A DNA stretch of 64,000 bases from Camelus ferus. Taxonomy: Eukaryota. Of this stretch, positions 51,101 through 62,548 are shown in pieces. Made by a program: the position numbers and the translations under genes. Numbering within the stretch: the stretch's first letter is position 1; each line of letters starts with the position of its first letter. The notes beneath the pieces are model-generated. The model was not told the origin of the DNA and did no database searches. It worked only from the letters and a program-made list of their open reading frames with translations. Where the stretch lies: the NCBI RefSeq assembly GCF_009834535.1, contig NC_045696.1, positions 44,208,001 through 44,272,000 on the forward strand. Direction: 5' to 3'.

Positions 51101-54100
51101 GGTTGGTTTTACAGCATAAACTTTCATACTTTTTAATTCTGAGATATTGGACATTTATGAGAATGGCTTACGTTCTATCAGACACAATTGTGAAATGCTT
51201 TTGACATCACACTCTGTAACAGAGACATAAGCATTGTCTGTATGTTTGGAAGAATTATTTAAACTGTAGGAGAGAGTTCCACATCATTGAAGACAACAGA
51301 GAAAGAAGTACTGCGAGGCTTCTTCTCCCAGTTCTGTGTTTGTGCCCTACACCCCCCTTGCGGAGGGTAAACCATGGCAAGGAGCAATAAAGAGCTCCCT
51401 GGCTCAACTCTGTGATCTCCACCTCCAGCAGCCTTGCCGGGAATTCAGGTTGAGTTTTGGTCTCTGAAGGTGATAACGAGGCATCTTCTTCATCTCTCCA
51501 TTTTGTTAACCAGCCTCAAACTTTTAGGACAAAAATTGTTTTTCTCTTATTAGCAAATCCATCTCTACTCTGGACTGGATTTCACCTCCTGAATCTTAAC
51601 CCAGAGGCAGAGATCCACTAGCAGCCTCGAGACTTCACAGACGCAGATTCCAATTCTCACTGACTATATTTTAAACTGTTGTCTGCTCCACATCACTCAA
51701 TACTGCTCTTTGCTCCTTGGTCTGACGTTCCAACACCACAAGAAGTGTTTTATTGTTGATCTTATTATTGCAAGTAAGCAACCTTATATAGATTCCCGAT
51801 GACATGCTAGCTACTGAGATGGTTTTAAGAGACAATATAAAAATGATATGCTCCCAGCCCTGAACTGACTTTTAACCTACAGTAGCTTGTCCTAGACAGT
51901 CTCAAGCTCAGGATTATATTCTGCATATTTAGAGTATATTTACTCACTTTCCCTACTACACAGAACATTTGACTTTCTATGAATACAGTACATGACGTAT
52001 CAGCTTTTAAAAAATAAGACTCTTAGCTTTTAGCTAAAAACAAGTATTGAACAATAATATTTTCCAGAAGTCATCTAATTTAAGAGGTCCCAAAGTAAAA
52101 TGGAGGAATGTAAGGATTTGACCACACAGGGATACAACAGTTACAGGTAAATGTCAATTAGTTTGAAATGAATTTTCCTTCCTAAAATTTTACATATGGG
52201 GAAATACAGATAAATTATTTTTTCACTGGTGGTTTCAATGCATTAATAAAGAATTCAGACTTATCTTTACATATGATTAGAAAGAGCTCACCACACTCAT
52301 TCTAGGAAGATTATTATGCCATTGTTTTGAGGGTCAGAATCCAATGCCTCACACCTTTTTTTAGAGTAGTTCAAAGCTACAGAAACAGAGGAACTTCCAC
52401 TGTATTTCCAGAATCCTGGAACTCAGTTCATTGGCTAAGAACAGCGGTTCTTCTTTATAATGGGCTCTTATTTGTTCTCAGATATTCAAAAGTCTTCCCT
52501 GGTTCCCTCAGAGACCCATTTAATGTGGGGAATTATTCATAGGATTTTTGAGATCCTCAACCCATCATTTAGAAACCAGTAACAAAAGCAAGGTGAAATC
52601 CTGTCCTGAAGCAAAATCAGCCAAACAAACAATAAACAGAAACCAAAAGGTAATCAGATCCATAGCCTGTGTCACACTGTATTTTGCCAAAGGAGATTTT
52701 AATCATTTGTGAGACCCATTACATAAACTTCTCTTTCCCACATGCCATCATCTCAGATAATGGAGAGAATAACGTATTTAAATCTCTTGACTATTAAAAC
52801 TTCATACCCTCCTATCTTCCTCTAGCAGTTCACTGTCTCTGGTGCATGGTGTAAGATGATTTAGCTTGGGCAGTTGCCAAATGTTTTATTTCTATTTGCT
52901 TAGTTTCTTTTTTCTTTGCTTTGCTTTCCTTTGCCTTCCTTTCCTTTCCTTTTTATCTTTTTGGTAGGAGGTCTACTCAAACTCTACTCTGTAACATAAT
53001 TTGATGCTTTATTTGATTTATTTTAACTTACAAAAAATGTGGGGTGACTCTGTGAAATGAAACAAAGGTTCTTGGGGAGAAATATGAGTTGGTGTCAGAC
53101 CCCCTGGGTATCAGTCTACTCCCAGTTCTGCAAATGACTTTCTTTAGTACATCTGGTTCAAGCTGACAATACATTTTTGGTGCCCTCTGTACATCTGGAT
53201 CCTCTGTAGAAAAACATTTTATATTATTACTTGGCACTGCTGCAAAATCAAATTGATTATAAACTAGTAAACATGCTGATATGCAGGCTACATGATTAAT
53301 TTTTAAGTGGTGTAGATTCTCTCATAAGACAGTCTGTCAGTCAATAGCAATAATTAGGTCTCTTCTTAACAATAAAAATATACAGTGAACCATTACTCTT
53401 GACTGTGGGGTGAGTAGGCAAAAGAGGAAGTATGTCTTTCAACAAACTGTTGTGACCTATTAGCTCAAATTACTAAATCATATATTAGCCATTCAGTATC
53501 CTTGTTAAATTAGGGGGAAAACCCCACATTTGGACAGTCTCTATACTACCTTTATTCATACATGATGTTTACAATCTTGACAGCTGACTTACAGGAAGTA
53601 AGGTTTGTTTGATTTGATCTTTTTTAAGTGTCAGATCCTCCTTCCTATTTCAGCCTCAGGTGTGTTTACTGCAACCTAACACTTTCCCATTTAGAGCCAG
53701 AAAAAAGTGAATACTGTCCTGCAGTGTGGACTAGGGGGAAAAGTGAGGTGAAGGGAATGAAAAAGTGCTCAAAGTATTACCACAAGAGAAATCTTGACAA
53801 GGAGAAAATCCTACTTCAGAACCTTTTAGCTTAAAACTCTTGGTGAGGAGCCAGTGGGCACCCTTGGAGAATCCTCCAAACTCCAGGGAATTCTGCTCTT
53901 CTTATCTGTTCAACGCAATGCTTCACAGTGGGTTGATTCTAGGAGACGTTTGTACAGCATTTGGAATAATTACAAGAAGAGTGATGGGTTTGGACAAAAG
54001 AATGCATCCTCCAAAATATTGAATAATGGATGCTCTGAGTAACTTCCCAGTTTAAGCTATCTTCCACCCAGTGTCAGAATGATTGCTTTCTTTGTGGTAC

Positions 54101-54961
54101 GTAAACTGCACAAGAGCAACTATCCATTTACTTGCAGTGGCATTAAATCCTGTCTCCTGCACACCATAAAAGCTCCATTTTCCCAGCTTGCCAACTTTTA
54201 TCCTATCCACTAACTATGCAATCAGAAATAGTAAAAAAATGTGAGGCCAACAAATCGCTGAACTATTCTATCAAACGATGTGTCAAGGTCTAGGTCTTTA
54301 CCGCCTTTTAAGAAAAGTTACTACTTTTCTGGTGAGTGCTGATAATCTACAGTTCATACACTTGGCAGTTATACCACTCCCTCTGCCCTCTATTCACCAC
54401 TGCCTTACAAGACACACTGATATTTATGAACACATAAAATCACACGTGATCTATGAACCTAACTAGATAAATTCCATTATAACATCAACTCAATGATCAG
54501 CCATGAATTTTTTTTCTGAAAAGTTGCCAGAATATAAGCATTCTCTGACAGACCTGCCCAGGGTAGGTAAGTAGTTGAAATTACCCAAATATATTCAAGT
54601 TTGACAGGGGAGTTATAGTGTATTAAAATAAAAATTAAACTGGGATCAGAATGTTGAAAATGTTTTCCTTTACAGGGAACTGGAAAAAGATCGAAAACTG
54701 TGAATTATTTACTTTTTGCTACCTTATCATTTCACCTTATATTTTTCTGATAGAGAAAAAAGGTATGATTTATACTTTAGTATATATGAACTTATATATA
54801 TGCTTCTATACAGTCTTTTTTTACACAAATTATGCCTGCAATACTCAATATTCAAAATGGTAATACTATTAATAACAGCTACAGTATGACTCAAAATAGT
54901 TGGATTTCCACAGTCATTTTCCCTTTAGGAAAAAAAATTCTGATAAAACAATAATTGTAAT

Positions 54962-55135
54962 AATAACGGTAGCTAACATTTACTGAAGGCTTATTTAGGT
55001 ACCAGGCATAGTTCTAAGGGGCTCTAGGTATTAGCTAATTAATTATTGCAATGTTGCTATGAAGCAGGTACTACATTATCTCCATGTAATAGGTAAATAC
55101 TCTATGATGCAGAAAAGATTTAAAAAATTGATAAA
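54962..55135 (-). mobile_element. MIR
   Basis: 'tagctaacatttactgaaggctta...ccaggcatagttctaag'. Confidence 0.7.
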
Positions 55136-55584
55136 GTAATTCCTCAAATTGAGCTGTTCTATAAATACTTTATTGGCCATATTATTACCCCTTCCAAGAT
55201 ATTAGACTGTCTTAGTAAGTTAATGCTCAGGGCATTAAGTAATATAAATGATTTCAGCTTATGAGCATAGTATATTTCTGGAATATGTTTCAAATCAGAC
55301 TATCCTAAGATTAAACCCTGAATATGCATCGTCTGATGTATTTGTCTTGTGACTTGGCCCTTAAGTTGTTCAACAATTGAATATACATTTGATAAAAAGT
55401 CCACTACAGGTTTTTATTATAATAAATGAAGCAGAGAAAATCAAGTTCTGAAAAAGTGACCTGAAAAATGTTTCTCCAAATGATCAAACATATTTAGGAA
55501 GGTAGAAAAAAAATCCCCCTATATAACAGGTAAAATATCTGTGACTGGAAGATTATTAAGTTACAAGCAAATATAGGAAGCTCT

Positions 55585-55895
55585 AGAGCTGGCTGCCCTG
55601 GCCCACATGGTGGTCACTGCCTACGGGTGGCTCCAAGGGATCTGAGATGTGGCCAGACCAAATAGCTGTGTGTAGTTAAGTGTAAAGGCCACAACTGATT
55701 TCCCAGACTTAGTATAAAAAAAGTCAAAATCAATAATAATCATTTATCTTGATTATTTGTTGAAATAATATTTTTGATCTATTATATATAATAGATCAAA
55801 CAATATAAAATTATGACTATTACAATTTACTTCTTTTAACATGATCATCAAAAAATTCTAAATTACGTATACGGGCTTTCATGCTCTAAAATATG
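55585..55895. mobile_element. MER33/MER3-like (hAT-Charlie)
   Basis: 'atggtggtcactgcctacgggtggct...gatgtggccagaccaaa...aagtgtaaa...gatttcccagacttagtataaaaaa'. Confidence 0.75.
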
Positions 55896-56404
55896 GGGAT
55901 GGTGCAAATTCTCACTCTTGTTTTTCTATACTATCATATGTTCATCTCTACAGATAGAGTGCTATAAAAATTCGTATGTAAAAGTCCCGATAGGAAACCT
56001 TTAGAAGAGCGTAATATACTGCTGTATCGGGAACATAAAAAATGGAAATTTGAAGCCTAAAATATAGACAAACATTTGTTTCTTCAAAGGTTAAAATATG
56101 GAAAACTTTTTGTAAAAAGTAAATAAATGTTCATTCAACGGAAAAAAAAGAAAGGAAGAATGATACATGTTAATAGAACACAGAAAAAAGTCATTATATG
56201 AGAAAATACCAAGTGCCAAAGAGGAGCCAGTTGCTTAATGGACTTGTCATGGCACCAAAAAAAAAAAAAAAAACAAAACCCGAAAATTGTAACAACATAT
56301 AGGAAGGCAGTGCCTAATGGTGATGAGGGGCGTGGTTTCTGCCTTTAGCCTTCACTGATTCTAGATTTGCACAGAAGCCTTGTGTCCTTGGACTAGTTAC
56401 TTAG

Positions 56405-56895
56405 TGTCTTGGTTCTACTCAGAGTAGAGTCTGAGGCCACGGGTTACTTTGCCTAGTTGTCAGATCTGAGGGAAAAGGCATGCAGGACAGTGGGAGGAAA
56501 AGGGAATGGAAAAAAGCCAGTTCAAAAATGTCTTCTTAAATTGAATGCTGACTTTAGGATCTTATGAGGAATCTTACAAAATGCGCCTCAGAACTACCTG
56601 CAACAGGGAAAAAGTTGGGATCAGGGGCATACTTCCCATTGTCTCCTGGCCTGTGGGTCAGGAATAGATGCACCGGCACTAATACCACCAGACTTCATTG
56701 GTCCACGCCCTGGTTACGTGGGTCTGGGTAGTGCTTGCACAGAGCAGAGCTGGGTTTGCCCCATACAGTGGAGCAGGAGAAGCCTGGAGGCAAGATGTGA
56801 GACGTACACTTGGAATTGGTTTCTGCCACAGTGGCTAGAAGAGGAACTGATACAAAAGGATTTTGGAATGATGCAAGCAAGGTGTGAAAATATTA
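56405..56895 (-). mobile_element. ERVL LTR16-like element nested in a + strand MIR (~56300-56404 and ~56900-57045)
   Basis: 'tgtcttggttctactcagagtagagtctgagg...aatgcgcctcagaact'; MIR sequence 'ctagttacttag|...|agtttcctcacactgaaatggggat' resumes after it. Confidence 0.6.
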
Positions 56896-57049
56896 AATAC
56901 CTGTAAGTCCTAGTTTCCTCACACTGAAATGGGGATGAGAATAGGGCCTTCCACGCACCATTGTTATGAAATCAAGATAGTGATTGTAAAGTACTTGTCA
57001 CACTGCCTGGTATAATGCCCTTGCCCAGTACATCTTAGCTCTTTGATTA

Positions 57050-57200
57050 TTCAGAATCAGCTACATTATGCTGTGTAACAAATAGTCACAAATTTGAATG
57101 GCTTAAAAAAAAGAAATTATATATATTTTGTCCATTGTGGGTTGGCAGAAGGGACCTGATGGCTGTAGTCACCCAGGAATTGAGGTTGATGAAGGATAAG
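57050..57200 (-). mobile_element. Old MLT1 fragment
   Basis: 'cattatgctgtgtaacaaatagtcacaaatttgaatggcttaaaa...gtccattgtgggttggc'. Confidence 0.65.
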
Positions 57201-59012
57201 ATTGATCTTATCATGAGTATAAGATTGATAAAGGAAAGGAAAGATGAAGAAATAGAAAACAAATTTCAGAACAGAAAGTGAACTTCAGTAATTTTATCTA
57301 TGCAAGAAGCAGCTCGGAGAAAGAAATGATACCTGCTTTCCTATTATCTTCTATGTTTGTGTCCAAAGGATCCTGAATTTCAGTCTTGTCAAGGACATTA
57401 AAGGACTGTGTATCCATATTATATTGAATAGAATTGTATTAAAACCAAGATCTACCATCAGGAAGAACAGGAATAAATTATATATTCCACAGACAATTTG
57501 GGGTGGTTTATGAACACTCCAGAGGTCAAACCAATGAAAGGTCAGAAAAAAGGGAAGGGGTTACATGGGAAAGAACAGAAGTACAGAGTTAGAAGGAGTA
57601 CACAGCTGGGTCCTTTTTCTGTTATTCAAAAAAGATGTCAGCAAGCCCCTGGCTTCTGCTGGCATCTTGTTTTCCAGAGCCCCCTCCTGCTGCGCTAATG
57701 AGGTGAAAAGTGACCTGCCTGCTCATTTTCTGGCTCCTTAGTACTGGTGTGACATGCTGAAAAGCTGACTGCGTGCGCTGTGTTAGAGATTAGATCATGC
57801 GATACCTAACAGATGCTCTTAGAGTCTTTGAAATAGCAACTCTGAAGTTTCAAAACTGCGTGGGTTTTTCATCTAAAACACTGGAGGAGTAACACTGCTC
57901 CTGTTAATTCCACATACTTCTACATATGGTTCCTTCATTACAATGTGTCACAGGCTAGCTGCCTACAAATTACTCCATTTGCCATTCCAATCGATAATTA
58001 TGAGCTACGAAGAGCCCTCGAGGGCCCAATTTCATCTGATGATATATCTTGCACTCTGATCCTTCTATAAGAAAGTATCTTTCTTTTGATGGCATTAATG
58101 TCACCTTTTAAGTGTAGGCTTGCAAATTCAGGCCTCAAGAAGCTTTCTCTTTCTTTTTGTCACCAGATGAAGGAAGTCCCTGTGGTTACGGCATTGAGGT
58201 CAGCACAGACAGAACAGATGTGTGTTTCTGAGTCTGCTTTTGCAAGTGGGGGGCTGGGGAAGAGGGAGAGGAGTTTATTTGGAAGTGAGAACAGCATACT
58301 ATTTTGATGAATTGCACTTAAAAATAATACAGTGCAATAGGTAAGGTTAACACAAAACAAGTGCAAAGTTTTCCTAATCAAACAGTAATAGGGCAACAGG
58401 AAGATGCCCTTAACAAGCTGTCTGTCCTTGGTCACTAGTGAAAGAGGTAACAGGTTTCTGCATCACAATGGCAATGTCTTAACTAGGACCGCTGGTGTAA
58501 AGACTGGATCACTGTCTTCTAAAAAAAAAAGAAAAGATTATTTTTTATTGTAAAAGGAGTAGTAACAAGGAGAGTACCACTAAGATCCCTTCAGATAAGA
58601 GAACTTCATAAATAGGCCTGAACAGAGTAGAGGCCAGAAAAGTAATGTACCACTAACTAGTGAGAGATCAGAGCAGCATTCTAGCCTTTAAATAGAAGAA
58701 AATTCCTAAAGAGATAGCATACATTTAAATTCAGAGAGCAAGAGATCTGGTCTCTGAGTGTAGAAAGATGAAAAACCGTCAAATTTCTTAAATGAGAATT
58801 TTTCCCCCTTCCTTCCTGTTTTTGTTTGTTTGTTCGTTTGTTTTTGCTGTATTACAAGTATTCAGGTTGGAAGTTCTTCTCGTCATCTAGGGAAGAGTTA
58901 TGAAATTTCTAAAGGAATAAGATTATTTGGTTGTTTAGAGCCTGGATATAATGAGCCATCAAGTATTTCATGAAAGAAGAGAGTGTAGAGCATTTTACAG
59001 AGGGGGTAAAAG

Positions 59013-59652
59013 TGTTAGAGCAGGCAGATAGCTTGATATGAGCAGAGAAAGGGGGACTCAGGCCAAATGGCAGGAACTGGGAGAAGAAGGAGAGGGGCAT
59101 GGGCCAAATGCAGGAATCTATACATCATGGAAACACCAGGGGTCCCTAAGCAGAGGAAGAAAAGGAGGAAGGTCTGGGCTAAGAAATCACACATTTTGGA
59201 GTGACAACTGTCCTGGAGGCTGACAAAAAAAAGGTGGGAAAAGATAGCAATCTCCAGTGTCTGAATGTAACCTCTTACTCATTATGCCTTCATTACAATA
59301 AAATTAGCCTTGCAGATTAGAAGTACCCATCATGCACCAACACCATGACACTTCTGATCCAGACTAAATAAGGGCAAAAATCCCTCCTCCCTTTCAGAAG
59401 GTGGAGGTGGGATGAAAATCAGGGAACACGACCCCAAACCCTTCCTTCCCCAATGAATATTCCACCCATTCATTTTACACCATTTGTAACCAACTTACCA
59501 AAGAAATTCAACACAGCTGTTCACCTGAGCCTGCCTGCTCTCCCCTTGAGAGTGTACTATCACTTAATAAACCCTTACTTTACCTTCTTTACCTCTGTGT
59601 CTCATCTCTGAATTCTTTCTTCGACAAGGTAAGAACCTAATCATCGGCCACA
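59013..59652 (+). mobile_element. ERV1 solo LTR (MER4-group-like), full length, 640 bp
   Basis: TGTTAGAG...GGCCACA termini; perfect 4-bp TSD aaag at 59009-59012 and 59653-59656; AATAAA near 59565 followed by U5-like 'tgaattctttcttcgacaaggtaagaacc'. Confidence 0.9.
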
Positions 59653-61290
59653 AAAGGAAGGGTATATATGGGGTTAGAAAACTTAAGCGCTCAGAAAGGA
59701 GGTCATTCCCCTTGACCATAAAGATATAGCAAGAATGTGAAGAAAGAAGAAAGAAGACAAGATGAGAGTAGAGTAGAGGGGAACAAAGGAAATAGATTAT
59801 CTGCAACTTATCAATGTATTCTTCCTAAACACCATAAATTTTTTAAAAAGAAAAGAGAAAGAAGGTGGTTATATTGGAAAACCATAGTTCTTGCTACTGC
59901 AAAGTCTTCAAAATAAAATTCAGTGTTAACACAAAAACTTATTGTACTGTGGGTCCATAACATGGAGCAATTATTTCAGGGTTCTTGGTCCTGAGAAGTG
60001 CCCTCCTTCCCAACTCTTTAATCACCCACTGGTCTCAGGTGCTTTTATCCCTTTAAACAACTTTTTTCATTATAACAATCTTCTCTTTGATGCCTCGGGC
60101 TTCCATGGAGAAGACACAATGAAGGGAAGTGCACTAGAAAATGTTCTGAGCTAGGCATCAACCCGTGTGTGTGGATCAAAAGGAGAGGAGAGGAACTGGG
60201 AAAGGTGTCCTACTTCCCGAAACCAGTACTCATGGAGGGAAAAAAAGGCTCACTGTGCCTCAAGTCACACAACCAAGCTTTGCATTAAAGTAGCAGTGGA
60301 TGGACCTATTGCTGAGGTTCATTGCTGACGTGCTTTGGAACTCGCAGGTGGCTGAGCCCATCCCCACAGGCTAGCTGATCTCTTGAGTCCCACCCACTGC
60401 CTGGACCATAGCAGACTAGCTTTACCTGATCAACAGCCAGATTCTTTCAGTTTGTCATTTTGCAAAGGGAATGGCTGGAGCGCCTGGTTCCCAGCTAACT
60501 TAGCCCATTTAGATACACTCTTTGCAGCACTTTCTTAGAACGCCCAAGAAAAAAATTTTTAAATTTTCTGTACATCTATTTTAGGAATGAGGAGGGAACT
60601 AATATGTCTTGAGGTCCCTTGAGCTGGTAATATGGATAATAAAACTTTTATCTATAAACATATGAAAAACTAGTATTGATATGAAAATAACAATTAATTC
60701 ACTCACTACATGTGACTGTTAAGGGCACCTGAGATGAGCCCTTGGATGTCACATGGAGGACAGGTGGACAGGTGTTTGCTGGGGAATAAGCATGCAAAGA
60801 TGGCTCCTCTTAGGGAAGGATCTGTTTGTTACTGACAGGATGCAATCATTAGGTAGCTAAGCAGTTTTAGCCAAGAATACCAAGGTAACCTGATGAAGGT
60901 AAGTGTAAATAGGTCATAATTTAGTTAATGGATTTCAGGGATTTTCTTAGGCAGTAGGAGTATGTGAACATTTTCACAACTTTTTTGAATTAAAGTATAG
61001 GTTATTATATTTTTTCCAAGTCTGAAATTGGGCAAACTACAAAAAGAATGGTCAAACCAACATTAAGGACATGGTTGAAAAGACAAATAAAATTTTAAAG
61101 CAAACAATATTCACAGAGTCTAAGATGGCCTCTATAAAAAAGTACAAAAACTAGCAGAAATACCTAAGAATATATCACCATCTAGCCAACTAAATCTGAA
61201 TTTCCATCCAGAATAATATTTCAGAAATACTCAGAAATATTCTACAGTCTAAGGAAATGATATTTCTACAATAGGATTATATACAGACAA

Positions 61291-61320
61291 TGCATGCGCG
61301 CGCGCACACACACACACACA
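61291..61320. repeat. Alternating purine-pyrimidine tract (GC)n(AC)n
   Basis: 'tgcatgcgcgcgcgcacacacacacacaca'. Confidence 0.9.
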
Positions 61321-61689
61321 GCTAAAATCTCATCTTAGGTTCATTGTCTGAGACTTTCCAATATAATCTTCCTAGTCACCATAAACCTTAAAAAGGGGGG
61401 TGGGGCTATTAGAAAATCAAAGTTCTTGTTATTGAAATTATTGAACTTACTTGTACAAAATCAAGATGGAATTGGATCTTGTCCCAGAAACTGACCAAAC
61501 TGTGGTTCCATAAGAAGGAAACAATAATTTCAAAGCTCTTGATTCTGAGATGTGGTCAACTTCCGATCTCTTAGATCACTCACTTGTCTCAGGTACTTTG
61601 CCCCCCCCCCACACACACACACAGAAACAAACACTTGGTAATGTGATAAACAGGCTTTTTCCATTATAACAGAGTCTTCACTTTGATGT

Positions 61690-62196
61690 TATAGGGTTCA
61701 GGACATGCTACCACAAAATAAGGCATCTAGGCATATTGAATATCTTAAGCTAAAGGAATTAGAGAAAATGACAGAAGCAGGAAGTCACTCAGACTTCCCC
61801 TATCCCCACCCTTCTTCCCTGAAACAGGCCATAAAACTCAAGGAAGAGGTACCCTCCCTATACTCAGAGGAAAGGAACGTCCTTATCTCTGAAGACAAAG
61901 TGATGCTGAGAAGACTCCTAACAAACAGGCCTTGTTGAGTTTCCCCTACTTTACCATAATTACCTCATACTTCTTAATCTACCATATTTCTCCATAACTG
62001 TGTACTCTCCATCAAACCTCACATAAAACCCTGAGGTCTAGCTGTTTCTCTTCATTTCCCTATGACGGCTCCGTGTCACTTAAAACTTAGATTAAATAAA
62101 TCAGTGTGCTTTTTCCCTGTTAATCTTTGTCAGTTTAATTTTCAGAACCAGGCAGGGACCTTAAGAGGGTTGAGGGAAGATTCTTCCTTTCCTATA
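61690..62196 (+). mobile_element. ERV1 solo LTR (MER34/MER39-like)
   Basis: 'tagggttcaggacatgctaccacaaaataaggcatctaggcatattgaatatcttaagctaaagga'; 3' end 'attaaataaa...gggaccttaagaggg...cctata'. Confidence 0.8.
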
Positions 62197-62456
62197 GATT
62201 TTATCTTCCAAAGAGAATATGATAAAGGGAAATATACAGGAAAATGTTGTTCTCTAAGCATCAGTTAGTCTGTGCAAAGCAAAAGGATTAGACAAAGTAA
62301 AGGCCAATATTTCTTATAGATTTAATATTCTGACTCATTTTCTTAACTTTGTATTTAACAGTTTAGTAAACACATCTCTCTAAAATGGGAATTCTCATCC
62401 TTTGGGGAAAGTTTTTTGCCTAAAGGTCATGTTCTTCAGTTTACAATATCACAACA

Positions 62457-62544
62457 GGTGTATGATCTTTTTTATGTGTTGTTGATTCTATTCGCTAATA
62501 TTTTGTTGAGGATTTTTGCATCTATGTTCATTAATGATATTGGT
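62457..62544 (-). mobile_element. Inverted 5' segment of the L1 (ORF2 [29 protein letters not shown])
   Basis: Reverse complement translates to the conserved L1 ORF2 peptide immediately upstream of the sense part. Confidence 0.95.
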
Positions 62545-62548
62545 TGAC

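Noticed and set aside
546..62268. The many 60-114 aa ORFs in the supplied track
   Set aside because: They are short, often start at non-ATG codons, are low-complexity or overlap repeats, and show no recognisable domains; this is expected by chance in mammalian non-coding DNA
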